This document shows, one piece after another, positions 1 to 10,898 of a stretch of DNA of 39,012 bases. The stretch lies in contig NC_068987.1 of assembly GCF_001194135.2 (NCBI RefSeq), positions 42,507,523 through 42,546,534 of the forward strand, in the 5' to 3' direction. Numbering within the stretch: position 1 is the first letter of the stretch; the number at the start of each line of letters is the position of its first letter. This DNA comes from Octopus bimaculoides. Its lineage: Eukaryota. The translations under genes and the position numbers were made by a program. Below the pieces are notes generated by a model, which saw only the letters and a list, made by a program, of their open reading frames with translations, had not been told where the DNA came from and ran no database searches.

Positions 1-111
1 TGATAGCTGCATTCCCTCGCTTTCAGTAAATATGTTGCTTAGTTTTTGGTAGTTTTTGACTTTAGTCCCTCGAAGCGTGAGGCATTACTACTCAGTTAAT
101 GCCCTTTATAT

Positions 112-149
<38 letters not shown>

Positions 150-394
150 CGAAGATGTACTTGCATAGCAAGTGACCTGATCTGAGATCGTGTGCTGGAA
201 CAAAAACAATTCCAGCATGGAAGGTGTTTATAAGCCATTAAAGAAACACACAAAAACCATTAGATTAATTTCAACATTTAAATTTAATTTGCCAAAATAT
301 TTTCGTCACTTTGAGACTGCGACCTGTTCACTGACAAAATTCCATGCAGCATCTGAGAAAGTAACAGTTAGTTCAGGATATATATGTACGCATG

Positions 395-700
395 TAAGTG
401 TGTATGTATGTATGTATGTATGTATGTATGTGTGTACATGTATGTGCAAATGCATATGTGTACATGCGTATGCACTAGTGCATGCCTATATGCATGTATG
501 TATGTATGTACGTTTGTACTTATGTATGTATGTGAGTATTTAGGTAAGTGTGTAGATGTGTCTGCGTGTGTGTACATGTGAACGTTTGTTTATGTACTGA
601 TATGAGTCTGTTCAAGTTGTATACATGACTGTTACTTTGTTGAAGGTTGTATACACACATATACATACATATGCATATACATATAGACACATGTGTGTAT
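395..700. repeat. Degenerate (TGTA)n/(TG)n/(CATA)n microsatellite
   Basis: Direct tandem low-complexity sequence; explains the spurious MCVYV/HTHI ORFs. Confidence 0.9.
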
Positions 701-929
701 GTGGGTTTATCCCTCTCACCACCGTCTACACTACAAACTAACAAAATGCTGAGTAATTAATAGTGATAGTGTCCCTCTGTTTACCATTTTAGATGGGATT
801 GGTGTCACTGAGGATTATGCATCTTTGCCAGATAATCACACGATAGAAGCAGTTAAGATGAAATCTATTTACCCAGACAGCTCTATTTCACTACTCATTG
901 ATTGTTGTTAATGTCGTTCTTCTTGAAGT

Positions 930-1260
930 CACACACCTGGTTAACATCCCAATGCACTCTTTTACCTACACAGACATGCCTGAGCTTATATTCATTTAGT
1001 GCAAGCTACTGCACATACTCAAGACATGATTGATACTTTCATCTCCTTTCCTGCAGATTCTACACTCACTGTTTAACTGAGTTTATAGATCTTTACTTGT
1101 GCCACATTCATCCTCATGGTTTGTTCCTGAGCAACTATAATTTTCCCTTCAGTCCCCTGTTTCAGGTTCCTGACTATCTACCAAAGCCAGTGTACTTTAC
1201 TTCCAACCTCCTTAGTTTGTTGCATGAATTGGCCATGTAATTTCATTTCTTTCCATTTGC
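930..1260 (-). mobile_element. Degenerate non-LTR retrotransposon fragment, R4/Dong-like C-terminal CCHC region
   Basis: Hand translation of the minus strand across stops and frameshifts: TEGKIIVAQEQTMRMN..VKIYK / SECRICRKGDESINHVLSMC / LALNEYKLRHVCVGKRVHWDV. This resembles the TEG..IAAQDQ..CRLC...ET..H..S.C..LA..EY..RH..VG..VHW pattern of R4/Dong ORFs. Confidence 0.7.
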
Positions 1261-1277
1261 TTGTCATGTCAGTTATG

Positions 1278-1420
1278 TGAGTTCAAATTTTGTTGGGGTT
1301 GACTTTGCCTTTCATCCAAATGGGGTTGATGAAATAAGTACCAGTCAAGCACTGGGGGTCAATGTCATTGACTTGCTCCTTCCTTCAAAACTGCTGGCAT
1401 AGTGCCAAAATTTGAAGTTA
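1278..1420 (+). mobile_element. SINE 3' half (family repeated many times in this window)
   Basis: Motif gttcaaatt..g(t)cgactttgcctttcatcc..ggggt(c/t)gat(g)aaataagtaccagt..cactggggtc is shared with copies at about 15680, 16760, 18065, 29760, 30030 and 34830. Confidence 0.8.
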
Positions 1421-1875
1421 TTATTGTTCTTATTATTTTATTTTATCATGAATGATATAGTGTAAAATATTACTCGTAATATTGGTTAATAATATTTACC
1501 CATAGTCTTTTGTATGTATTCTTCTATAAATATTTGTCATTGACAGAAGTTTTATGTTGTTATCTGTTCATGTGCAGTTAGCCAAGTGAACGAACATTTA
1601 AGAGAACCTAGATTTGATTAGCTTTGCTTTTCTTTGACGACATAGTTTACCATGTAAAACAATGGATGAAAATGTGTGGTAAAGTTTAAATAGTGAACAC
1701 TTGTATCCATGTGGTAGTTTAGTCTGTTAATTAAAATTGAATGTTCTGGTAATAGTTATAGTTGAGTGGGAGAAAGAGTGAATTAATCAATGGGATGAAG
1801 CTCTAATTCAGCAGGATTCACTAAGTGTGGATCAGGTAGTTAGGATGTTACTTTTTTGTCTTACATTCTTGACCT

Positions 1876-2324
1876 GGTTGTGGAAGAGGGAGACCCAGGA
1901 AGACATGGAACAAAGTCTTGATGGCCGATCTCAAAACGCTGAATCTTATGAAGGAGATGAGAGAGGAGAGATATGTGGTGCATTGCTGTACTTGAGAAGA
2001 CCTGTCCATCACAATAGAATTGTGATCCTAAAACCAAGGTGCTATGTAAAAAGCATTGGTGTGGGTGCTGGTACCTTGTAAAAAGCATTGATGCTGATGT
2101 CATGTAAAAAGCACAAGTAATGGTACCACATAAAAAGCACTAGTAATGGTGCCACATAAAAAGTATGCAGTACATTGTAGAGTGGTTGTGTTAGGAAGGA
2201 CATCCAGCCATAGAAACCAAGCCAAAACAGACTATGGGACCGGGTGCAGCCCCTGGCCTTGCCAATTTCTGTCAAGTCATCCAATCCATGCTAGCATGGA
2301 AAAGGGATGTTAAATGATGATGAT
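1876..2324 (+). mobile_element. 5'-truncated RTE-clade LINE 3' end
   Basis: Encodes CGRGRPRKTWNKVLMADLKTLNLMKEM (RTE ORF2 tail), followed by tandem (c/g)catgtaaaaagca units, a 3' UTR homologous to the reverse complement of 24951-25199, and a (TGA)n tail ending at 2324. Confidence 0.85.
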
Positions 2325-2794
2325 TTGAGGAGGATTTGATTTGAGGAAAATAACACTAGCTATAATGAGAATTTTTAAGGATTTTATTTTTGAAGGAACA
2401 TGCATATCTCTGTGTATGTTGTTGACTAAACAAACTGAATTAGATACAATGACAAAACTAATGATGTGGCACAATGTGAGCTTGCGGCCTTTAAAACTAT
2501 GGCCCAACCGAGATCTTGGATTGGATATGTAATGTATTGCAGAATTATTGCTCTAGCAATTGTATACCACCTTCATCCAAATGCACATAGAGCTTTATTC
2601 TTCTTCTAGTACTTCATTGACTGCCTTACTTACACTTACCCTGCACCATCCACTTCACTCATTTTTGCAAAACCAACATTTCCGTGAAACACTTTTTCAG
2701 CTGCAAACCTTAAGTATTATTATCCTTTGTCCAGTTATCCCTGAATTCCAGTGTCAAAGAAGGTTAACAACCTAAAGGAAATTGTTTTCTCTTA

Positions 2795-3759
2795 TATTAC
2801 GTTGAGGAATAATTCACAAGCGTTTTTTATTGGCAATGTGAGAAAATCGCAGCTTATTTCATATTGGTGATGTGAGGATGGGCATTGTCATGATGCAGAA
2901 GAATGGCATTTCGCCTATCTGGTCTTTTTTGCTGAATTACTTCATTGAGTTGGTGCAGTTGTTGAATGTAGAGCTCTGAATTGAGTGCTTGGTTGCACTC
3001 AAGCAGTTTGTAATGAATTATGCCTTCCCAGTCTGACCATACACAAAATATAGTCTTTTGAGGATGTTGCTTGTTTGCCAGGGCTGAGCCATTCTTTTTG
3101 CTGCTTCATATTGACACAAAGGCACCAGTTTTCATTGCCAGTGACAATGTGGTAAAGAAAACACTGAGCAATGTCGAGCAAGCAAGCTGCCAACGATTGT
3201 GGAGTGTTGGTTTTAGTTGTTTTCATCCAAAGTGTGTGACACCCAAGTGTCAAGTTTCTGAACCTTGCCCATTGAGTGAAGGTTTTTGATCACAATTCAC
3301 CTGCTCCACCAATTCTCTGGTTGTTTGACATGGATTTTCATAAAGAAGTTGATTCAATTACTCTTCATTGAACTCAATTGGTCGACCAGTGTGTGATCCA
3401 TCCTAGAGGTCAAAATTCCCATTTTTGAAGCACGGAAACCAATGGTAGCTGGTACTTTGAAGCATTGCTCCTTTTCCATTCACAGCACAAATCTCAGGAG
3501 CAGCTTCAGTGGCCTTAACACTTTGATAGATGCAAAAAGTAAATGGTGTTGAAAATACTCAGTTTTGTCCACTTGACATTCCATTTTATTGATCTGGAAA
3601 TACACAAAAATCAATAAAATCAAAAAATCAAAACACACTTTCTTCTAGAGCAAAAAATTCTCTTTTGAATAACACAAAACATTTTGCCAATGTATTTTAT
3701 TTCTGTGTGCCCTTTTAAATTTGAAAAAAAGTGCTCTTGAATTATTCCTCAATCCAATA
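2795..3759 (-). mobile_element. Internally deleted mariner DNA transposon with both TIRs; transposase pseudogene from ATG 3584
   Basis: TIRs tattacgttgaggaataattcacaagcgtttttt (from 2795) and the reverse complement tattggattgaggaataattcaagagcacttttt (ending 3759). Minus-strand peptides: MECQVDKTEYFQHHLLF, WFPCFKNGNFDL..GRPIEF, IVTGNENWCLCVNMKQQKEWLSPGK, ILLHHDNAHPH. The YSPDL region is missing; stops and frameshifts are present. Confidence 0.9.
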
Positions 3760-4429
3760 ATTCCATTCACATCTAAGACATTTCACAAGAATATTAAATT
3801 GGCTCCACTTTATGACAGGTAGTTTATTTAATTTATCTCAGAAGGCTGTTGAAAAGAAAAGTTGACTTCAGGAGAATTTGAACTCAGAAATAAGAGAGTG
3901 TAATTAAATGACATAGGCACTGTCCAGTGATTCATTGGTTTTGAAAATCAACATCTCAGATATGTGTGTATATACACACACACACATATATATTTACATA
4001 CACAAATATACCTTATTTACACACACACATTATATCAATTATTATTATTTGAATCAAACTGTCTCAAATAATAATAAATGTAACTCTTACTAAGTGTATT
4101 GAGTGCCTTTTTCTTTCATTTGTTCACTCACTGAACACTCATAAGACTTATTTTATAGTTATACATATAAAAACCAGCTTTTAGTCAAGAAGAAAAATGT
4201 GCAACATGGTATCATGAACAGTTTACCAACATATCACATGTCAAATATTTTATTGTTAATGACATTAATAACTACCTTATTCTCTAAATTAATCTGTATA
4301 GCATTATATATATATATATATATATGTAATCTTCCAGTTTAGGGAGGTAAAAAAAGTAAATAAAAATACAAGGGAAATACCATATGTGTGTGTATAATAT
4401 ATATATATTGTGTGTGTATAATATATTTA

Positions 4430-4495
<66 letters not shown>

Positions 4496-4583
4496 TAGGG
4501 TAAAAATTAATAATTAATTGATAATTAGTAATTTTACTAAGTAACTCGGTGTGTTAAAAACCATTATCGGTAAATATATAAAT

Positions 4584-4647
4584 ACAATTTAAAATTTAGG
4601 GTTCAGCAAGTGAAGCAATACTTGCTGAACCCTAAATTTTAAATTGT
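4584..4647. repeat. Perfect 28-bp inverted repeat with 8-nt loop
   Basis: acaatttaaaatttagggttcagcaagt (4584-4611) / gaagcaat / acttgctgaaccctaaattttaaattgt (4620-4647), checked base by base. Confidence 0.95.
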
Positions 4648-4899
4648 GTGTGTGTGTATATATATTTGTACGCATATATAATGCAGTATATTTTCAAGGT
4701 TATATATTCCATCGTCCCAATCACAGATGTAATCGACGAATCCGAAGACGTATACACATATTAACTTGTTCAGCAAACTTCGTTTATCAATAAAGATATA
4801 TACAAAAAAAAAAAAAAAATGTTCCTATACTACAGTTTTTCTAAAGCTCCGAGTATCAATCAATTAATCAATTCATCATAATTCAAATATCAATATATT

Positions 4900-5590
4900 A
4901 CATAAGCAATCAGAAACATTATGTAAATAGGGTGATCCATCGCTTGCCTGGTTGAAAGCTAAGTTTTCGCAGTCGAAATGAACTAGAATTTCTTCCGTCC
5001 AACTGCTGTTAATCTAAATTTATTCCAGCTGTTCAGATTCTAGTTACAATGCTGTCATTTCTCTTTGATTTTGATATCAACACACACCAGATCCTCTAAT
5101 TAACAGACATTTATCTAGTAATCCTAGTGTGGTCTGTGTAAATATAGCGGTTCTGATGTGTAGCAGGAACTATCGTCAATGATAGTGTCAGAATTGCTAC
5201 CACGACGCAGAGCTTTGCTGCTTTGCATATATTTAAAAGGAAAATCGCTCAAGCAAAATCACAACAAAAACAATCCCCCCACTTTTCTTAAAATATCGAT
5301 TTGACGAAACGAAACAGATAATTAAAACAATCGATTTATCCGCATATGTGGAAGGAATGCATTATTTGCTTTAGCAACATAGAAATTGAAAGATTGCAGA
5401 GTAAATGAATGTAAGGAGTCAGGTGTTGTGGGACGTAATCAAAGGGGAGACAATCATTTTTGCTTTCAGAGAATGTCACTAGGAGTGCGCGAAGCTAGAT
5501 GATTGCACAGAAGCATTAACACCGCCATGATTGCTGTGTTTGAAGTGGGTGTGTAAAGATTGCAGTTTTGAGAGACATTGAAAATTAATC
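4900..5590 (+). promoter_or_regulatory. Probable promoter/5' UTR of the RhoGAP gene
   Basis: Visibly more CpGs than the flanking AT-rich DNA and no recognisable TE. In-frame TGA at 5579-5581 upstream of the ATG; strong start context (A at -3, G at +4). TSS not located. Confidence 0.4.
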
Positions 5591-8218
5591 ATGGGACTGC
5601 GACCGCTGGAATTCGCGGAATGTTTAACAGATAGTCCGTATTTTCGAGAGAATTTACACGAGCATGAAAAAGAATTGGAAAGAACAAGCAAATCTATCAA
5701 AAGCTTGATAGCTTGCGGAAAAGAACTCATTAACGCTGCGAGAAATCTGTCGAAAGCCCAGAAAGCTTTTTCACAAAATCTACAGGAATTTCGATTTGAA
5801 ACAATAGGAAATCAACAAACTGATGATGAAGTAGTAATTGCAGCTTCTCTCAAGGAGTTTGGAGATTGCTTCTTAGCAATTGAGGAAGTATTTGAAAGAA
5901 TGCTAGATAAAGCAAAAGATATGTTTTTGGCCCCTTTGGAAAGGTTCCGTAAAGAAAACATTGGAAAAGCTAAAGAAGAAAAGAAACAGTTTGAAAAACA
6001 AACATCTAAATTTTGTGCTTCACAAGAGCGCTATCTCAACTTGAAACCGAAAACTAACGACACTACATTCCAAGAGGCTGATGCAGCTCTTGTTTTGGAA
6101 GGTAAGCATTTTTACCAAGCATCCATGAAATATGTTCTTTTATTACAAGAAGTGCAAGAGAAAAAAAAATTTGATTTTGTCGAAATTATTCTTACATTTA
6201 TATCTAATTGGTTAACTGTTTACCATCAGGGCCATGAAGTGGCTAAAGAATTTAAAACTAACATGAGTGACCTGCAGCTACGATTGCAGAACACGCGAGA
6301 GAACTTTAATAGTACTAGGGATGAAGCGGAACTTTTGATGAATAAAATGTTGGAGACCAGAGGTTCTCGTGGTGAGTTTACTCTGGCCCCTAAGGACTGT
6401 ACTCGACAGGGTTACCTCTTTCTCATGGAGAAAAAAGCTCTTGGTACTAACTGGACGAAATGCTACTGTCGCTATTTCAAGGAACATAAAACTTTCTCTA
6501 TGATTCCCTATAATCAAATGGTTGGCAAACTCAGTCAACCAGAAACAGGGATTCTTATGTCTTGTATAAGGAGAGCATCTGATTCCATTGATAAACGATT
6601 TTGTTTTGATATAACTATTTCTGACAAGCCAACTGTAATCTTTACATTCCAAGCATTGTCCGAAGATGATCGACACTTATGGCTCGATGCTATGGATGGA
6701 AAAGAACCTACCTATCAAACTCCCAGCAAAACGTCTGAAGAGACCTATATTTTGGATAGCATTGGGTTTCAGTTTATCAATAAATGTATCGGTTCTATAG
6801 AGAGAAGAGGCCTGACAGACCAGGGTCTCTATAGATTGGTTGGTGTCAACTCGAAAGTAAACCGACTCGTTAACATGGGACTTGATCGTCGAAAAGCTGA
6901 TAAGCTTTGCTTAGATGACACTGGAACCTGGGAAGTGAAAACAATCACCAGCTCCATTAAACATTATCTTAGATCTTTACCAGAACCTTTGATGACCTTC
7001 CGTTTGCACGAGAATTTTATCACTGCTGCCAAACGTGAGTCTAAACTTTTGCGATTTCATGATATACATAGTCTTGTACATAAGCTGCCTCAAAAGAACT
7101 TCAAAATGTTAGATTTGCTATGTAGTCACCTAAAAAGAGTTTCAGACAAGAGTGATATCAACCTTATGACTGTTGCCAACCTCGGCGTGTGTTTCGGACC
7201 AACTCTAATGCGGCCCGAAGAAGAGACTGTGGCCGCTATAATGGATATTAAATTTTGCAATATCGTCATTGAAATTTTAATAGGAAACTATGAAGAGATT
7301 TTCAAACAGACACCTGTAGATATTGGACTTTTAGATGATCTGGAGGATTGTAAATTGTCACCTGCTGAGAGTACAACTACCACAAAGACAAGCTTGGAAA
7401 ATCAAGCTTTGCCTTCAGGTACCTCTAGTCATGGAATACCTCCATCTCCTGTTTCTGCGACACACTATAGCAATGTATCATCAACTGTTAATTCAAGTCC
7501 TGGTTTGCCTAAAAGTGGACCCTTCGCTGATCATGGCTCTCCAAAATGTGCAGCTCCTGTTGTGATGCGATCGCATAATTTACCAAAAACTAGATACCAG
7601 GGTATTGGACACGGTCATCTGAGTCAAGTTGGTGCTGCTATTGGTGGAGTTCATATGACGGGTCACGATCCCAGTCGTGGTAGCAGTACCAGCGGGAGTT
7701 CAGAATCCTTGAATTCTTACAAATCCCCTTCGACAAACCCTTCGCCTCAATTGGATTCTAATCGTAGAGGCCCTATTATGCCTGCAATGTTTACAAGTGC
7801 CCCAGCATCTGCTTTCTCTGGATCCAAGATTCAGACTCTTGGCGATATTGGGACGTTTGGCAGTATTAAAAGGCGTAACGCCACTGAGTCGTATGCTGGT
7901 GGTGGAGGAGGAGGCAGCGGCGGCTTGAGTGTTGGGGGAGGTGCTTTACGTTCGTCGATGCACAGTGGCACGACTAGCAGCAACGTTGGGCTCCTTCCAG
8001 ATTCATCTTCTGCCATGTCTAAGTCTATGACTGAACAGCGCTTACGTACTGTTCGAACTCTTTACAACTGCCAGGCAGAAAATGATTCTGAGTTGTCTTT
8101 TCATGCCAACCAATTCATCTATCAGGTGAAACCATCGCAGGAAGCTTGTTGGTTAGAAGGGACACTGGATGGTGTGACAGGGCTTATACCTGAGAATTAT
8201 GTGGAGTATGTTGATTAG
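5591..8218 (+). CDS. Graf: GRAF/oligophrenin-family Rho GTPase-activating protein (ARHGAP26/ARHGAP10/OPHN1/Graf-like), single coding exon, 875 aa
   Basis: Uninterrupted ORF. N-terminus MGLRPLEFAECLTDSPYFRENL matches the GRAF start. BAR about aa 1-255; PH about aa 271-373 (RQGYLFL..KRFCFDI..QALSEDDRHLWLDAMDGKEP); RhoGAP about aa 388-573 with the arginine finger GLYR (R415, nt 6833-6835) and MTVANLGVCFGPTLMRP; low-complexity linker; C-terminal SH3 from about aa 819 (ELSF..WLEGTLDGVTGLIPENYVE). Confidence 0.97.
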   Translation: MGLRPLEFAECLTDSPYFRENLHEHEKELERTSKSIKSLIACGKELINAARNLSKAQKAFSQNLQEFRFETIGNQQTDDEVVIAASLKEFGDCFLAIEEVFERMLDKAKDMFLAPLERFRKENIGKAKEEKKQFEKQTSKFCASQERYLNLKPKTNDTTFQEADAALVLEGKHFYQASMKYVLLLQEVQEKKKFDFVEIILTFISNWLTVYHQGHEVAKEFKTNMSDLQLRLQNTRENFNSTRDEAELLMNKMLETRGSRGEFTLAPKDCTRQGYLFLMEKKALGTNWTKCYCRYFKEHKTFSMIPYNQMVGKLSQPETGILMSCIRRASDSIDKRFCFDITISDKPTVIFTFQALSEDDRHLWLDAMDGKEPTYQTPSKTSEETYILDSIGFQFINKCIGSIERRGLTDQGLYRLVGVNSKVNRLVNMGLDRRKADKLCLDDTGTWEVKTITSSIKHYLRSLPEPLMTFRLHENFITAAKRESKLLRFHDIHSLVHKLPQKNFKMLDLLCSHLKRVSDKSDINLMTVANLGVCFGPTLMRPEEETVAAIMDIKFCNIVIEILIGNYEEIFKQTPVDIGLLDDLEDCKLSPAESTTTTKTSLENQALPSGTSSHGIPPSPVSATHYSNVSSTVNSSPGLPKSGPFADHGSPKCAAPVVMRSHNLPKTRYQGIGHGHLSQVGAAIGGVHMTGHDPSRGSSTSGSSESLNSYKSPSTNPSPQLDSNRRGPIMPAMFTSAPASAFSGSKIQTLGDIGTFGSIKRRNATESYAGGGGGGSGGLSVGGGALRSSMHSGTTSSNVGLLPDSSSAMSKSMTEQRLRTVRTLYNCQAENDSELSFHANQFIYQVKPSQEACWLEGTLDGVTGLIPENYVEYVD

Positions 8219-9130
8219 TTCTGTTTGGCTTATCCTTGACGGGCTGACTGGCATTCTCTCTCATTTTTTAAAATCTTGTTCATATAAAATGTTCTCAGTT
8301 TCAGATTTTTATGAAAGGTAGAAGGAATGTTAACACCGTTCACTTTTTTTTATATCTATTATCGTCAGCAATGTTTTAAAAATAGCCTTAAAACAAAATT
8401 CAGACAATCTTAATGCAAAGTGATATTTTGCTTAGTATGCATATATATATATATATATATANNNNNNNNNNNNNNNNNNNNNNNNNNNNNNNNNNNNNNN
8501 NNNNNNNNNNNNNNNNNNNNNNNNNNNNNNNNNNNNNNNNNNNNNNNNNNNNNNNNNNNNNNNNNNNNNNNNNNNNNNNNNNNNNNNNNNNNNNNNNNNN
8601 NNNNNNNNNNNNNNNNNNNNNNNNNNNNNNNNNNNNNNNNNNNNNNNNNNNNNNNNNNNNNNNNNNNNNNNNNNNNNNNNNNNNNNNNNNNTTTAAAATG
8701 TTTTTTTTCTTTCCCACCCACATTTAACAAGAAAAGTAACTTTTTAACAATTTTAATTCAATCAGTTATGTCAACTTTTATTAAGAATTTTAGATTCCTG
8801 AAATATTGCTTATAGGGAACAGGAACATATTTCAGCAAATAAATTATACTACAAAGTCTATGAATGCAAACCTATTCGAATGCAACAAAAAAAAAAACTT
8901 CTATGTCTGTATTTAAAGATTAGCAACAAACTTTTTATTTTTATTTATTACTTTCATTTTTTGTCAATATTTTCTGCATTTATGCATGCATAAATTATGA
9001 CTTAGAGGGAAGTCATGAAATATATATCCTGTGTGCGCCTGTATACGTCGAAGTCCAACTGATTATAATTTAATCTATAAATATACCCCTCAAGTAATTA
9101 ATATTAAAAATGGAGAGTTACCTGGAATAC

Positions 9131-9173
<43 letters not shown>

Positions 9174-9239
9174 CTTTCGAACAATTATTTTCGTTCATTG
9201 ACTCCATATAACAGCAGTTTATGGAAAACAAATGACGGA

Positions 9240-9315
9240 GGTGAAGAATACGCACACCACCCATTTTCGGCGGAACCCTAACCGCCGAAAACAGGTAGTG
9301 TGCGTATTCTTTACC
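9240..9315. repeat. 34-bp imperfect inverted repeat with AACCCTAA loop; poly(T)34 at 9136-9169
   Basis: ggtgaagaatacgcacaccacccattttcggcgg / aaccctaa / ccgccgaaaacaggtagtgtgcgtattctttacc; 30 of 34 positions are complementary. Confidence 0.9.
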
Positions 9316-10217
9316 TTCACCAGACAAATTAATAACAATACCAATAAAATAATGGTATTCCAATACCCACCTATTATAATGATGCAAACTCTCTACGTTT
9401 AGTTTGCTCTTCATTTCCAGTGAAGATACCTCCTTACTTCATTTAGCTTTTATTCTTACGTCTTCTATAAATATAATCGCATTCAACATTTAAATCTTTC
9501 TCCATTGGTAAACTAAAAGCTTGCTAACTTTTCCTTTATTTTCAAAAGGAAAAGATAAACTAAATAGCAATGACTTCGAGTCGGTAAATTTCACGATAAT
9601 TTTTGTCTTTAATCATATTTTGTAAGCCCAGTCATGTTTGGGGACCGTGAAGTTCTTCTTTTGAGCCACCGACAGTGCACAAAATTTGACTGACTTTTAA
9701 ACTTAAATGTTATTATTCGTCTTTTCTAAGAATAGATAAACTTTCATTGAAAACTCACATTCAAAGCAGTGATTTTTTTTTTCTTCAGTTAAGTAATTTT
9801 ATATCTGATGGAAATTAGAGTATTTAAGTTATATGGCATCAAACGCATATCAGGATTTTGACTTCCATATGGACTCCCGTATGTAGAACACAAATTTGTA
9901 AAACTTTTCAGAAAATTCCAAAAAATAAAAAAATTATAAGGGGTTATATGGGGTGCTTTAACCAGAATTCCGTCTATTTCGTAATTAACAACGGAACAAA
10001 GATTTTTTTTTTTTTACTTCAAAATAACTGGTTTCGCATTCCATAACTCTCTCTCAGTTGTTCTTTCTTCATCCCAAACTGCCGAAAAGCCCCCTCATGA
10101 TCGTTGCTAGTTCAGTTTCATAAAAAGTAGTATAAAATTTTCCCAAAAGTAGTAGATTGTTAGAAAATAAATCAAAATGGCCATTTTACTAGTAAATTCA
10201 CGTGTTTGTAACAAAGG

Positions 10218-10898
10218 GGCGGAGGTAAAAGACATGGGCCGCACCCCTTTTCGGTTATTATTTTTTTTTCTTCTTCTACAGAACCCTATCTTTTCGACTG
10301 CGGAGATTCCGAATCTGCAAAACAAAAATCGGCATTTCAAAATTNNNNNNNNNNNNNNNNNNNNNNNNNNNNNNNNNNNNNNNNNNNNNNNNNNNNNNNN
10401 NNNNNNNNNNNNNNNNNNNNNNNNNNNNNNNNNNNNNNNNNNNNNNNNNNNNNNNNNNNNNNNNNNNNNNNNNNNNNNNNNNNNNNNNNNNNNNNNNNNN
10501 NNNNNNNNNNNNNNNNNNNNNNNNNNNNNNNNNNNNCTCTGCCTAATAAAGGATTATCTGTCGGTTGGTTCTCATTAAATGATATTCAATAAAATTCTTA
10601 GCTTTAAGAAATTAAAATTTTCAAAACGTGTTTTGGGGTTGTTCAAAATCTTCAATTTTTAAGTACTCTCCAATTGGAAAGTCCGACAAGCTAGAAACAA
10701 CAGCCAAACCGAAGATCCACTTTCTAAATACGAATTAACAAAAAAGGAAAAAAAACTTTTAAATGTCATTTTGTTGTGTGTGCGTGTGTGCAAAAGAACT
10801 AATTTTTACATACCTCTCTTAATTCCTAATTAAAATTTTGAAAAGATGGGTTTCTGTAGAAAAAGAAAGGGGGGGGGTCCATGTCCTTTACCTCTGCC
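10218..10898. mobile_element. Non-autonomous TIR transposon with 9-bp TSD (Mutator/MULE-like)
   Basis: Left end ggcggaggtaaaagacatgggccgcacccc..ttctacagaaccctatctttt; right end (reverse complement) ggcagaggtaaaggacatggacccccccc..ttctacagaaacccatctttt. Flanks are taacaaagg (10209-10217) and taataaagg (10899-10907). The element contains an assembly gap. Confidence 0.7.

Noticed and set aside
190-744. ORFs of 65-117 aa
   Set aside because: Translations of (TGTA)n/(TG)n microsatellite.
793-911. Possible terminal exon after the acceptor ttaccattttag (GIGVTEDYASLPDNHTIEAVKMKSIYPDSSISLLIDCC*)
   Set aside because: No recognisable homology, no partner exon, and it abuts an R4-like LINE remnant; cannot be distinguished from chance.
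6278-6676. 132-aa antisense ORF inside the RhoGAP (also 5479-5730 and 7831-8016)
   Set aside because: Shadow frames of a real CDS; no motifs.
8400-8815. ORFs spanning N runs (also near 10177, 25051-25890, 36615-37153, 38112-38579)
   Set aside because: Lengths are artefacts of assembly gaps.
9118-9414. 98-aa minus ORF with poly-Lys
   Set aside because: Produced by the hairpin and the poly(T) tract.
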